DNA of 64,000 nt from Gloeobacterales cyanobacterium (GTDB lineage: Bacteria > Cyanobacteriota > Cyanobacteriia > Gloeobacterales > PMM-0068). Position numbers and translations under genes: made by a program. Where the stretch lies: the NCBI GenBank assembly GCA_038245785.1, contig JBBRSB010000017.1, forward strand, positions 28,302-92,301, written 5' to 3'. This document shows positions 50,491 through 59,797 of this stretch, piece by piece (the stretch's first letter is position 1; every line of letters begins with the position of its first letter). Under the pieces are notes generated by a model. The model was not told the DNA's origin and did no database searches. It was given only the letters and a program-made list of their open reading frames with translations.

Positions 50491-50919
50491 ATGTCAGACA
50501 AACAAGAGGGAAAAGGGAGTTGCCTCTGCGGAGCAACGCGTATCGCTGCCAAGACCATGAGCAAAAATGTTGGCGCGTGTCATTGTGGAATGTGCAGAAA
50601 ATGGACAGGAAGCCCCTTATTAGCGGTGGATTGTGGTATAGAAGTGACATTTGAAGGGACAGAGAATATTACTGCATATAGTTCATCTGATTGGGCTGAG
50701 CGTGGATTTTGCAATAAATGTGGCAGTCATTTATTCTATAGATTGAAAGAGAATAATCAGTACTTCATGCCTTTTGGAATATTCGATAACTGTGAAGACC
50801 TGGTTTTCGATCATCAAATATTTATTGATGAAAAGCCATCGTTCTATTGCTTCGCAAATGAAACAGAAAATATGACAGGAGCAGAGTTCTTTGCTATGTT
50901 CGCTCCACCAACAGCCTAA
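50491..50919 (+). CDS. GFA-family (Zn, CENP-V-like) protein
   Basis: GSCLCG, CHCGMCRK, RGFCNKCGS. Confidence 0.92.
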   Translation: MSDKQEGKGSCLCGATRIAAKTMSKNVGACHCGMCRKWTGSPLLAVDCGIEVTFEGTENITAYSSSDWAERGFCNKCGSHLFYRLKENNQYFMPFGIFDNCEDLVFDHQIFIDEKPSFYCFANETENMTGAEFFAMFAPPTA

Positions 50920-51012
50920 TATTTACGAGCGAAGACAATACGCAGAAGTCTATAGTAGCTAAAACTGCTAACGTTAAGATCAAGAGGTTGAAAAATTGGA
51001 GTTGCCTGCGCC

Positions 51013-51702
51013 ATGTATGAGCTGTACATTGCCAATAAAAACTACTCGTCCTGGTCTTTGAGGCCATGGATATTAATGCGCGAACTTGAGATTCCCTTCA
51101 ATGAGCACGTAGTCCCTTTTGAGCAAGAGGGAAACTGGAAATCATTTCGGACTTTCTCGCCCACGGGCCTAGTACCCAGCTTGCATGATCTCGGTATTGT
51201 AGTCTGGGATTCTTTGGGCATCATCGAATATCTTGCAGAGCGTCATGACAGCGTATGGCCTGTAGCTCCCTCAGCACAGGCTTGGGCTCGTTGTGCATCG
51301 GCGGAAATGCACTCCGGTTTTGGTACGCTGCGTGCTCAGTGCTCTATTAACTGCGGAATTCGGGTTCGACTTAACGAAATTTCCCCAGCGCTACAGCGGG
51401 ATATCGACCGCATCAGCGAACTCTGGAATGAAGGACTTACACGCTTCGAGGGTCCTTTCCTTGCAGGTGAAACTTTTACAGCTGTCGATGCATTTTTTGC
51501 GCCTGTGGCATTCCGCATCCAGACCTATGGACTCATTCTGGACGAAGTTCCCGCCTCTTACGCCAAACGCCTATTAGCGCTACCGTCCATGCAAAGTTGG
51601 TACAATGACGCGCTTGCGGAACCTTGGCGAGAACCAGGCCATGAAGCCGAAGCCAAACAGGCAGGTACTTTGTTTGAAGACTTACGCACAGCGATTTCAT
51701 AA
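51013..51702 (+). CDS. Glutathione S-transferase family protein
   Basis: NKNYSSWSLRPW, SPTGLVP, WDSLGI.EYLAE, AEMHSGF. Confidence 0.92.
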   Translation: MYELYIANKNYSSWSLRPWILMRELEIPFNEHVVPFEQEGNWKSFRTFSPTGLVPSLHDLGIVVWDSLGIIEYLAERHDSVWPVAPSAQAWARCASAEMHSGFGTLRAQCSINCGIRVRLNEISPALQRDIDRISELWNEGLTRFEGPFLAGETFTAVDAFFAPVAFRIQTYGLILDEVPASYAKRLLALPSMQSWYNDALAEPWREPGHEAEAKQAGTLFEDLRTAIS

Positions 51703-51718
51703 CGAACTTGCAATCACA

Positions 51719-52232
51719 TGTATCAAAAACGTAACGCACTTTACTGCTCATTCAAGATTGAGTCCAAGATTTCTGGTGTCAATCCTCGCTCTTGCGCCTT
51801 TTGGCTAATATCGCTCATCACTTCTTCTAAGGAATGAGCAATAATGCCTGCAAAAGGACCTTCTGCTTTTTCTACAGTTTTAATCGCTTCAGTCATCTCA
51901 AATCCACTCGTTTGTGTTCCTGCTGTTTGTCCATGGGCAGGAGCATCGAAGGCAAGGATACGATATCCCGATGCCACCAATGGTCCAACAAAAGAACCAA
52001 GCTGTGTCCCCCGTCCTCCCCATCCATGAATCAGTAAAATAGTCGGTCCCTTACTCCAAGAAAAAGCAGCCATTTCTACCGCATTGTAGGGAATGGAGAA
52101 AAGGTCCGCCTGTTCCAGAAGCGCTTGCTCTCTTTCTGGTAGCGATTTTCTGGACGGTGTTAGAAACAGGTCCAAAACTTGCTGGGTACTCATTGCATTC
52201 ATCGCTGAAGTTGAATTTTCCTGCCGATTCAT
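51719..52232 (-). pseudogene. Chimeric scar: alpha/beta-hydrolase N-half fused to an antitoxin-like C-terminus, followed by a PIN-toxin stub
   Basis: LIHGWGG, FDAPAHG, IIAHSL then EEVMSDISQKAQERGLTPEILDSILNE; overlapping MSSKVRYVFDT. Confidence 0.65.
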
Positions 52233-52554
52233 CGCTGTTTTCTCATCTATTAGAGATCTAAACGTTCGTAATCTAAAGAATAGCAAACTGAACCGAAAGA
52301 TTGTCTATTGACACTAAGTACTTTGGTCTATTAGCCTTTAGGTTCACATGCAATAACTGCTTCTTTTCTCTTTAGCTTATGATGAAAAATTCAAGATTGT
52401 AGAAAACGAAAAGACTATAGTTGTCAACTTTTTATAATTCTTTAAATCTCTCCAGTAGAGTATTTAAGAGGTATAGATTGCATGTGAAATATTCAAAATC
52501 TTATCAGCCAATCAACTGGTTGTGTAAGCTAATACATTAAGAGGAGTAAGTTCT

Positions 52555-53643
52555 ATGGATGAATCTAACTTGCCCAAAAAGAAGCAAGAAGAATCGGTTG
52601 CCAATATTAATCGGCGTAATCTTCTGACACGGATCGGTGTTGCGGGCTTAACTATCCCGGCTGTTGGCTATGCGGGAGTACATCTCAGAGCTCACTCTAA
52701 TCAAGTTGCCTCGAGCCTATCCCATGCAGGTCATTTTCAGCCACTTGCCAGCCCTAAAGAATTGGAACATATCAGTGTCGAAGGACCTGGTAATCCGGCG
52801 CTAGTTGTTCCCACCAAAAACTTTAAACCCTATCCCACTGCCCTCCAACCCGTGAGCCCCGATAAAGTCAAAACTATTGTGCAAGAAGTCCGCAGCGATA
52901 CAGTTGTTCAGGTAACGGAAGGCGTGAACTACCCCGGTTGGAGTCTGGATGGCAAGATTCCGGCTTCTGTGATTCGAGTGCGGGTGGGCGATACCGTCAA
53001 CTACACCCTAAAGAATCAAGCAGACCAAGGACATTCTATTGATTTTCATGCGGCCAATGCGCCCTGGGATAGAGCCTTTCACACCATCGCTCCTGGGAAA
53101 AAGTTCTCTATCTCCTGGAAACCTCAATATCCAGGAGTGTTCATGTACCATTGCGTCACGCCTCTGACGGTACAGCACGTAGCCAACGGCATGTATGGAA
53201 TGACGATTGTAGACCCGGAGGAACCGTTACCGCCCGCGCGTGAATATGCCATCGTCCAAAGCGAGTTCTACTACAAAAATGGAGCGATTGACTACGACGG
53301 CATGTCGGCGGGCACGCCCCAGTATGTTGTCTTCAATGGCACCGCCAACCAGTATCAGAATTATCCCCTGATTGCTAAAGCCGGTGAGCGGATACGGCTC
53401 TATGTCTTGAATGCTGGTCCCAATCTATGGAGTGCCTTCCATGTCATTGGCGCACTCTTTGATGTGGTCTATACCGAAGGGAATCCCCGCAATGCCACCT
53501 ACGGCCATCAGGTAGTCAATATTGCGCCTGCTGGAGGAGCGATCTGTGAAATGACACTGTATGAGCCAGGGCTCTATCCGCTGGTGACGCATTCCTTTGC
53601 TCATGCTTCCAAGGGAGCCGTAGGCATGCTCAAAGTGATTTAG
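52555..53643 (+). CDS. nirK: Tat-exported copper-containing nitrite reductase-like multicopper oxidase
   Basis: NRRNLL Tat motif; HSIDFH, YHC...HVANGMYG, SAFHVIG, LVTHSF copper and catalytic motifs. Confidence 0.75.
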   Translation: MDESNLPKKKQEESVANINRRNLLTRIGVAGLTIPAVGYAGVHLRAHSNQVASSLSHAGHFQPLASPKELEHISVEGPGNPALVVPTKNFKPYPTALQPVSPDKVKTIVQEVRSDTVVQVTEGVNYPGWSLDGKIPASVIRVRVGDTVNYTLKNQADQGHSIDFHAANAPWDRAFHTIAPGKKFSISWKPQYPGVFMYHCVTPLTVQHVANGMYGMTIVDPEEPLPPAREYAIVQSEFYYKNGAIDYDGMSAGTPQYVVFNGTANQYQNYPLIAKAGERIRLYVLNAGPNLWSAFHVIGALFDVVYTEGNPRNATYGHQVVNIAPAGGAICEMTLYEPGLYPLVTHSFAHASKGAVGMLKVI

Positions 53644-53994
53644 CTTAGGCAGTATGAATGAGGCTCTTCAACTTGCTCAGCTTCCGGAGATGATAACGAT
53701 AATTCTGCCGATTGCTCTTTATTAGAACCGAAAGAATAGCCCATGGCATCTAAAGATTGTTTATTGTCTGCAGATTTTTATACCCTTATTATTCTCTTAA
53801 GTTGAGTCGTTTTCTGAACGTACTGCGTGGAGCTGGACAATCTAACAAATAATTGCATTGCCACCTCTAAAAGTATTTTCAGTTGCGAGACTTTGGACTG
53901 GAGTCTAATACAAACTCCCAACCCAGAGTCTCTGCTCAAGGCAATAGATGAGTTTCATCAACAGATTTAGTATCGTTCAACAACGGAGAAACAC

Positions 53995-55374
53995 ATGAGT
54001 ATCTTGAAAATCAACGAAATAGCACTTCAATTAGTTGCTAATGATTTTAGTAAAACCCCTCCTGCACCCACCAACGGAGGGCCAACCAAAACTGCTCGTG
54101 CTCTAGCGATCATTCACCTCGCGGCCCATGATGCATATGCACAAGTAAGGGGGGGAGCGGACGTTCCACCGCTTGTTCCACGGCTTACAACTACAACTCT
54201 GCCACCTGTGCCATCAGGCGTTACCAGTAGCATTGCAGATGCAACTGATGCGCTCTTAGGGGCTGGCATCCGGGCTGCGGCGAGACTCTATCCTGAAGAT
54301 GCTGCAACTATTGCTACGGAGACCGCTAAGATTTTCGCCGTTACGGCTGCGACCCGCATGACTAACCCTATTGCTCTGCGATATGGGGAACAGGTTGCCG
54401 ATGCTTGGCTCAGCGCCAGAAAGAGCGATGGATCAGACTCACTGCAAGACGACAAACTTTTTGATCAGGCTCCTGGTCGGCACCGTCCAGATCCTCTTAA
54501 CCCAGCACAAACGGCTCTTGGGCGCACGTGGGGAGCAGTAACGCCCTTTGTCCTCAGCGATATTGAAACGGATGCCCCCCTAGCTCCTCCCCCTGCCTTG
54601 AACAGCCAAGCCTATGCTGATTCATTTGACGATGTCCTAGTAAATGGAAAGAACGACATCATCCTGCGCCATCCGAAAAAGGCCATCACTGGAATTTTCT
54701 GGGGTTATGATGGCGCAAATAAGCTAGGAACACCGCCCCGTCTCTACAACCGAGTTGTCCTGGCGATTCCAGAATTTATAGCGCTCTCTCATCCTGAGCA
54801 AATTAGGGTGTTAACGGCAATCAATGTAGCTATGGCAGATGCGAGTATTGCCGCATGGTATTGGAAATATCAGTATGATCTCTGGCGGCCTGTTGTAGCC
54901 ATTCGTGAAGCTGAAGTCGGTTGGGGTCCTACGGGTAAAGGGGATGGAAATACTTTACGCAAGGAGGGAGACCCATTCTGGCTCCCCTTAGGAGCACCTA
55001 ACAGTAATCCTCGTGTGCCAAGTGTGCCAACCCTTGGGGCTGCTGGTAGCAACGGCACTCCAAACTTCCCGGCTTACCCCTCCGGCCATGCGACCTTTGG
55101 CTCAGCCGCTTTTGAAACGGTAGCCGCCCTCCTTGGCAAACAACCTGAAGACATCAGCCTTAAATTTGTTTCTGGTGAATTCAATGGTACAACCACCGAC
55201 AACACGGGTGCTACCCGTCCAAGAATAGAAGAGACCTTTACGCTACGTGAGGCGATTGAAGAAAACAAAATCAGTCGCATCTATCTTGGTGTGCACTGGA
55301 TCTTTGATGCCACGGGCGGTGAGATTGTTGGCAAAGCCGTATCCGATAAGGTGGTTCACGCTTTCCAGCCTTAG
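53995..55374 (+). CDS. Vanadium-dependent haloperoxidase, chloroperoxidase-like
   Basis: WKYQYDLWRP, FPAYPSGHATFG, SRIYLGVHWIFD, ARALAIIHLAAHDAY, FWGYDG..KLGTPPRLYN. Confidence 0.85.
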   Translation: MSILKINEIALQLVANDFSKTPPAPTNGGPTKTARALAIIHLAAHDAYAQVRGGADVPPLVPRLTTTTLPPVPSGVTSSIADATDALLGAGIRAAARLYPEDAATIATETAKIFAVTAATRMTNPIALRYGEQVADAWLSARKSDGSDSLQDDKLFDQAPGRHRPDPLNPAQTALGRTWGAVTPFVLSDIETDAPLAPPPALNSQAYADSFDDVLVNGKNDIILRHPKKAITGIFWGYDGANKLGTPPRLYNRVVLAIPEFIALSHPEQIRVLTAINVAMADASIAAWYWKYQYDLWRPVVAIREAEVGWGPTGKGDGNTLRKEGDPFWLPLGAPNSNPRVPSVPTLGAAGSNGTPNFPAYPSGHATFGSAAFETVAALLGKQPEDISLKFVSGEFNGTTTDNTGATRPRIEETFTLREAIEENKISRIYLGVHWIFDATGGEIVGKAVSDKVVHAFQP

Positions 55375-55420
55375 AGTTCCAAAAAGCCCTAGCTGATTGG
55401 CACTTTATCCTGTTGCTTCC

Positions 55421-55459
55421 AAGAATGCCTTCTGTGCTGACTACACAGAAGGCATTTTT
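55421..55459. terminator. Intrinsic terminator, possibly bidirectional
   Basis: AATGCCTTCTGTG-loop-CACAGAAGGCATT followed by a T run, between convergent genes. Confidence 0.75.
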
Positions 55460-55470
55460 GCATGTCCTAT

Positions 55471-56361
55471 TTAAGTAGCCATTGGTAAAGCGACTACTTC
55501 TGCTTCTAGTCTCTGGCCTTCACTTTCAATCACAACGTGGTCTCCGGCGGCGGTTCGTTCCCATCGAGCGACCATAAGAGCTAGACCAGAAGCAGCAGAA
55601 GTTACAGTCCCGACAATAGTTTCTCCTTTTAGTGCTTTACTGCCAACAGCAGGAGTTCCTTGGACTTTCAGCCCTAACAGACCATGAGGCGGGTGACCGA
55701 CAAAGCTCATCTTGGAAACGATCTCCTGCCCGGTGTAACAGCCTTTATCAGGATCTAAAGCTTGGTTTAGGCGCAGACCAACAGGAATTACTGTCGAGTC
55801 TAGCTCCTGTTCCCACTCAGGCAAGCCGTGTTGAATTCGGAAGGCGGCATACTCCGAAGGCTCCATTCTCTCAATTCCTGCTTGTTCCAAAGCAGATTCC
55901 ACGGCTGGGAGGTCTTCTACGCTTACCCAAATCTGGAATCGATGATTGCTCAGGGCTCCCACCCGTACGGTGCGGTCTCCTAGATCCAGATCTTGTTCTT
56001 GATGTCGCTGGTCTTCAAGGCCAAACAAATCTTCTGGAGCACTATCTACCACCATCAAGAGGCTGGTCTGGTCGTCCTTGGTGAAGGTCAGTTTCTCGGT
56101 AAAAACTAAGCGGTCTAGAGCGGCATAGAGTTCATCTATGCAGGACTGAGGGGTCACCAAGGCAAAAGTTGATTCATCCAATCCATAGATATGGAAGTAG
56201 GCAATCAGCTTTCCACTAGCTTTGAGAAACGTGCCTGGGATGACTTGTCCTACTTGTAGCGTCCGCACATTGCAACTAACGAGACGGTTGAGAAAGTCGC
56301 GGGCATCTTTCCCGCTCACCTGCAAAATCGATTTTTTTTCCTGGATATAACCGCGCACCAT
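55471..56361 (-). CDS. ygfZ: YgfZ/GcvT-family folate-binding protein
   Basis: GKDARDFL, KGCYTGQE signature. Confidence 0.88.
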   Translation of the reverse strand: MVRGYIQEKKSILQVSGKDARDFLNRLVSCNVRTLQVGQVIPGTFLKASGKLIAYFHIYGLDESTFALVTPQSCIDELYAALDRLVFTEKLTFTKDDQTSLLMVVDSAPEDLFGLEDQRHQEQDLDLGDRTVRVGALSNHRFQIWVSVEDLPAVESALEQAGIERMEPSEYAAFRIQHGLPEWEQELDSTVIPVGLRLNQALDPDKGCYTGQEIVSKMSFVGHPPHGLLGLKVQGTPAVGSKALKGETIVGTVTSAASGLALMVARWERTAAGDHVVIESEGQRLEAEVVALPMAT

Positions 56362-56489
56362 ATGATTTACCTAGCTTTTCGCTGTTAAGTCCTATTGTGG
56401 CATCCGCTATGTTTACCCTGAAGCAATAAAAAAACACACCTTAGAAATATTCTGTAAGTGTGTTTTTGTTCAAGTCTTCGCGTAAGGCT

Positions 56490-56720
56490 CTAGTTCTTAG
56501 CTTTTACATCTAAGAGACCAATTAACCCACCCCATAGGGCTGTTTGAGCAGCTGCGTTCAGGCGTTGGATGTCTACAATCGGACGGGCAATGATATCGAG
56601 GCCCAAAGCCTTAATGCCTAGTTCAGAAGCAGTGGCAATACCCAATTCAGCGGCGTAGACAGCTTTGAGGCCATTGAGCACAACGCTTCTAGGATCGAGA
56701 GGATTCATGTGCAGCTCCAT
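56490..56720 (-). CDS. Small hypothetical protein
   Basis: AAGGA RBS and downstream hairpin 56428-56467. Confidence 0.55.
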   Translation of the reverse strand: MELHMNPLDPRSVVLNGLKAVYAAELGIATASELGIKALGLDIIARPIVDIQRLNAAAQTALWGGLIGLLDVKAKN

Positions 56721-56861
56721 TGAGTAGATTCATTCCTTCTCTTAATATAACTTCGTATTCTGAAATTTAACTTCATCAATTCCACATAATCCGAGCGGAC
56801 AGAATTAGCTCTTTGTCCATCGGGTCCATTACTCTAGAAAAAGGCAGTATCTAAGCAGTGC

Positions 56862-57581
56862 ATGGAAACTTTCTTCCAGTGGGAACAAGCGCTGACCAGT
56901 ACGGTCCAGGGCTCATTAACTCAGATTTCTCCCCTATCGCTGGGATTGGTCTTTTTAGCGGGTATTTTGACCAGCTTCAGTCCCTGCACGCTCTCTATGT
57001 TGCCAATCACTGTCGGCTATATCGCTGGCCAGGAACAGAAATCCCTCGCTCAAACAGCGCTCCAGTGCCTGTGGTTTATCCTCGGTCTTTCCATGACTCT
57101 TACGGCGCTGGGACTGGTGGCAGGTCTAGTAGGTAGTGTCTACGGTAAATTGCCCTACCCTTGGCTATTCTTCACCCTGATTGGTCTATTGGCCGTGACC
57201 CTTGGGCTGTTTCAGTTAGAAATCATCAATTTCCGCTTACCCCGTCTTGCTTTTCTAGATACCTATAATCCTCCTGAGGCGGCGAAACCCCTATTTATTG
57301 GGGCCACCTTTGGCTTAGTCGCTTCTCCGTGCACAAGTCCGGTCCTCTTTGCCCTCTTAGGTTTTGTATCTACCAGCAAAAGTCCTTGGTTAGGAGCTGC
57401 CTTTCTCTTCAGCTATGCCTTGGGTCATGGTCTGCCGCTCGTTCTAGCTGGCCTCTTCACCGGGATGATCAAGGGCATGATGACCCTTAGAAAATACAGT
57501 GGCGTACTGACTCAGGGAAGTGGTGTTCTTCTCGTAGGGGTGGGGGTTTGGATGGTACTCACGCATCTGCCTACGAGTTAA
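56862..57581 (+). CDS. ccdA: Cytochrome c biogenesis protein CcdA
   Basis: [15 protein letters not shown] and ASPCTSPVL. Confidence 0.92.
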   Translation: METFFQWEQALTSTVQGSLTQISPLSLGLVFLAGILTSFSPCTLSMLPITVGYIAGQEQKSLAQTALQCLWFILGLSMTLTALGLVAGLVGSVYGKLPYPWLFFTLIGLLAVTLGLFQLEIINFRLPRLAFLDTYNPPEAAKPLFIGATFGLVASPCTSPVLFALLGFVSTSKSPWLGAAFLFSYALGHGLPLVLAGLFTGMIKGMMTLRKYSGVLTQGSGVLLVGVGVWMVLTHLPTS

Positions 57582-57724
57582 AGGCTGGCGGCTCCGTAAG
57601 CAGAGAGAGGGACTTATCTCCTATTTCTAGTTCAGCGGTTTCAGTGAATCAGGGGGAAACCCCCTTCTTCCTGTGCAGAAAATCCCTCTACAATGAACCC
57701 GGCAGCGCAGTTAGGAGATTATTT

Positions 57725-58930
57725 GTGGCAAAGAAGACGATTGAAGATCTTAGTGCAGAACAACTTAAAGGCAAAAAAGTCCTCGTGCGGGTGGATTTCA
57801 ACGTTCCGCTCGATGACCAAGGCCAGATTACCGATGACACCAGAATCCGGGCAGCCGTGCCTACGATTCAAGCCCTGACAGGAAAAGGAGCCAGAGTAAT
57901 TCTGGTCAGCCACTTTGGCCGTCCTAAAGGCAAATTTGAAGAGAGCATGCGTCTCACTCCCGTGCAGACCCGTCTAAGCGAACTTTTGAGTAAGCCTGTA
58001 ACCAAAACCGATGATGTGGTAGGCGAAGAAGTCCAGAAAACAGTGAATGCGATGACGGATGGCGATGTGGTCATGCTGGAGAATGTCCGTTTCTACGCAG
58101 GGGAAGAAAAGAATGACCCTGAATTTTCTAAACAGTTGGCGGCACTCGCAGACCTCTATGTGAATGATGCTTTCGGCGCTGCTCATCGCGCGCACTCTTC
58201 AACGGCAGGGGTTGCAGAGTACCTGAAGCCTGCAGTGGCTGGACTGCTGCTGGACAAAGAAATTAAATATCTCAAGGGAGCGGTGGATGAACCCAAGCGT
58301 CCTTTGGTGGCGATTATTGGCGGTTCTAAAGTCAGCTCGAAAATCGGGGTTATCGAAGCCCTGCTCAACAAAGTCGATAAGCTGCTAATTGGTGGGGGAA
58401 TGATTTTCACCTTCTACAAAGCCCGTGGTCTGGCAGTAGGTAAGTCTTTGGTGGAAGAAGACAAACTGGAATTGGCTAAAGACTTGGAGCGTATTGCGAA
58501 AGAGCGAGGAGTAGAACTATTGCTGCCTACGGATGTAGTCATAGCCGATAACTTCAAACCTGATGCCAACGCGCAGACCGTTGCAGTTGAGAATATTCCA
58601 GATGGTTGGATGGGATTGGACATTGGTCCTGACTCTGTTAAAACCTTCCAGGCAGCCTTGGCCGATGCGCAAACGGTGGTCTGGAATGGTCCAATGGGCG
58701 TATTCGAGTTTGACCGTTTTGCCCATGGCACTGAGCAAGTGGCCCTTTCTCTCGCTGAGCGGACCAAAGCGGGAGCAACCACGATTGTTGGTGGCGGTGA
58801 CTCGGTTGCAGCCGTGGAAAAACTGAACATTGCCGATAAGATGAGCCACATTTCTACAGGCGGTGGCGCTTCTCTAGAGCTGCTGGAAGGCAAAGAACTC
58901 CCCGGCATCAACGTTCTAGATGACCGTTAA
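57725..58930 (+). CDS. pgk: Phosphoglycerate kinase (GTG start)
   Basis: [44 protein letters not shown] before GTG 57725. Confidence 0.97.
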   Translation: MAKKTIEDLSAEQLKGKKVLVRVDFNVPLDDQGQITDDTRIRAAVPTIQALTGKGARVILVSHFGRPKGKFEESMRLTPVQTRLSELLSKPVTKTDDVVGEEVQKTVNAMTDGDVVMLENVRFYAGEEKNDPEFSKQLAALADLYVNDAFGAAHRAHSSTAGVAEYLKPAVAGLLLDKEIKYLKGAVDEPKRPLVAIIGGSKVSSKIGVIEALLNKVDKLLIGGGMIFTFYKARGLAVGKSLVEEDKLELAKDLERIAKERGVELLLPTDVVIADNFKPDANAQTVAVENIPDGWMGLDIGPDSVKTFQAALADAQTVVWNGPMGVFEFDRFAHGTEQVALSLAERTKAGATTIVGGGDSVAAVEKLNIADKMSHISTGGGASLELLEGKELPGINVLDDR

Positions 58931-58949
58931 CGTTATCTAATCTAATCTG

Positions 58950-58985
58950 AGGCCCCGAATCTTTCTAAAAGAGAGGGGCCTTTTT
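58950..58985 (+). terminator. Intrinsic terminator after pgk
   Basis: AGGCCCC...GGGGCCTTTTT. Confidence 0.65.
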
Positions 58986-58998
58986 CATTGGCGTCAAT

Positions 58999-59591
58999 GT
59001 GGCACAGCTGCTACCTTATACCAGATTGTTAGGCACCTATGCTTTGGCAGCCGAGGCTTATGTAGGTGCGGCGTTTGGCGAAAATGTTCTGGAGCTCCTG
59101 CACCTCAATAACCAAACCATTTTGGTAACGGAATGCCATATTGAAAAAACGGATACCCTGAACGGATTACTAGTGGCCGAAGTTGCCTATGGTTATGGGG
59201 TTGTGCCCATTCTGCATCAGAAAGAATCTCGTGACCCCGTGCGGCTAATGCCATCCTCGGAAATGCGCTTGCAGGAGAGCGATCGCCTGGTTGTGTTTGC
59301 AACCATTGAGGGACTGCGCCGCATCGAGCAGGGAACGCCCTTAGCACGTCAATGGCAAGTGCGTATAGAGAAGGCTTTTTCACCAGAAGCAGCGTTTGAG
59401 GGGGGATGGCGATCGTTCGGGTGACAGGCTGTGACATCAGTACAGCAAGGACGTTAATGAACCAGCTTTCGGGGACGCTGCCCTACTTGCTCTATAAACA
59501 TCAGGCGCTACGATTGGTATAAAAACTCAGCAAGGTTCAAGTTTCTGCTTATCTGATTCCAGCTTCTGCCCACTCTGAAATTTTGTCTTGA
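58999..59591 (+). pseudogene. C-terminal fragment of a TrkA-C-containing potassium channel family protein
   Basis: AEAYVGAAFGENV, DTLNGLLVAEVAYGYGVVP; frameshift in G-run 59400-59405 continues MAIVRVTGCDISTAR...LYKHQALRLV then premature TAA. Confidence 0.7.
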
Positions 59592-59797
59592 GTGGATTGG
59601 TTCTGAGTGGCTTCTTAAGATTCCAATAGCTTTAGCTTTGCCTTAACTATTGAGTGAGAAGCTTCCCTGTGCAAGGATAAGCATCCCTTGTAGGAAGGAT
59701 CATGGAAGTAAAAGATATCGATTGTATCTAAAAAATTTGGAATTCTTATGTTCTGTGAGGAAAGGGATAGCAACTATTAACAGGAGCACCAACAATT

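Noticed and set aside
52522..52535. NtcA-like site GTG-N8-TAC upstream of nirK
   Set aside because: Imperfect and only about 20 nt from the start codon; not distinguishable from chance
57583..57660. c-di-AMP riboswitch, SRP RNA or tracrRNA-like sequence
   Set aside because: Only short look-alike words (CTCCGTAAGC, CTAGAAATAG) on opposite strands; core motifs absent
57548..57724. N-terminal extension of pgk in the ORF track
   Set aside because: Overlaps ccdA and promoter; GTG 57725 has an AGGAG RBS and the canonical AKKT start
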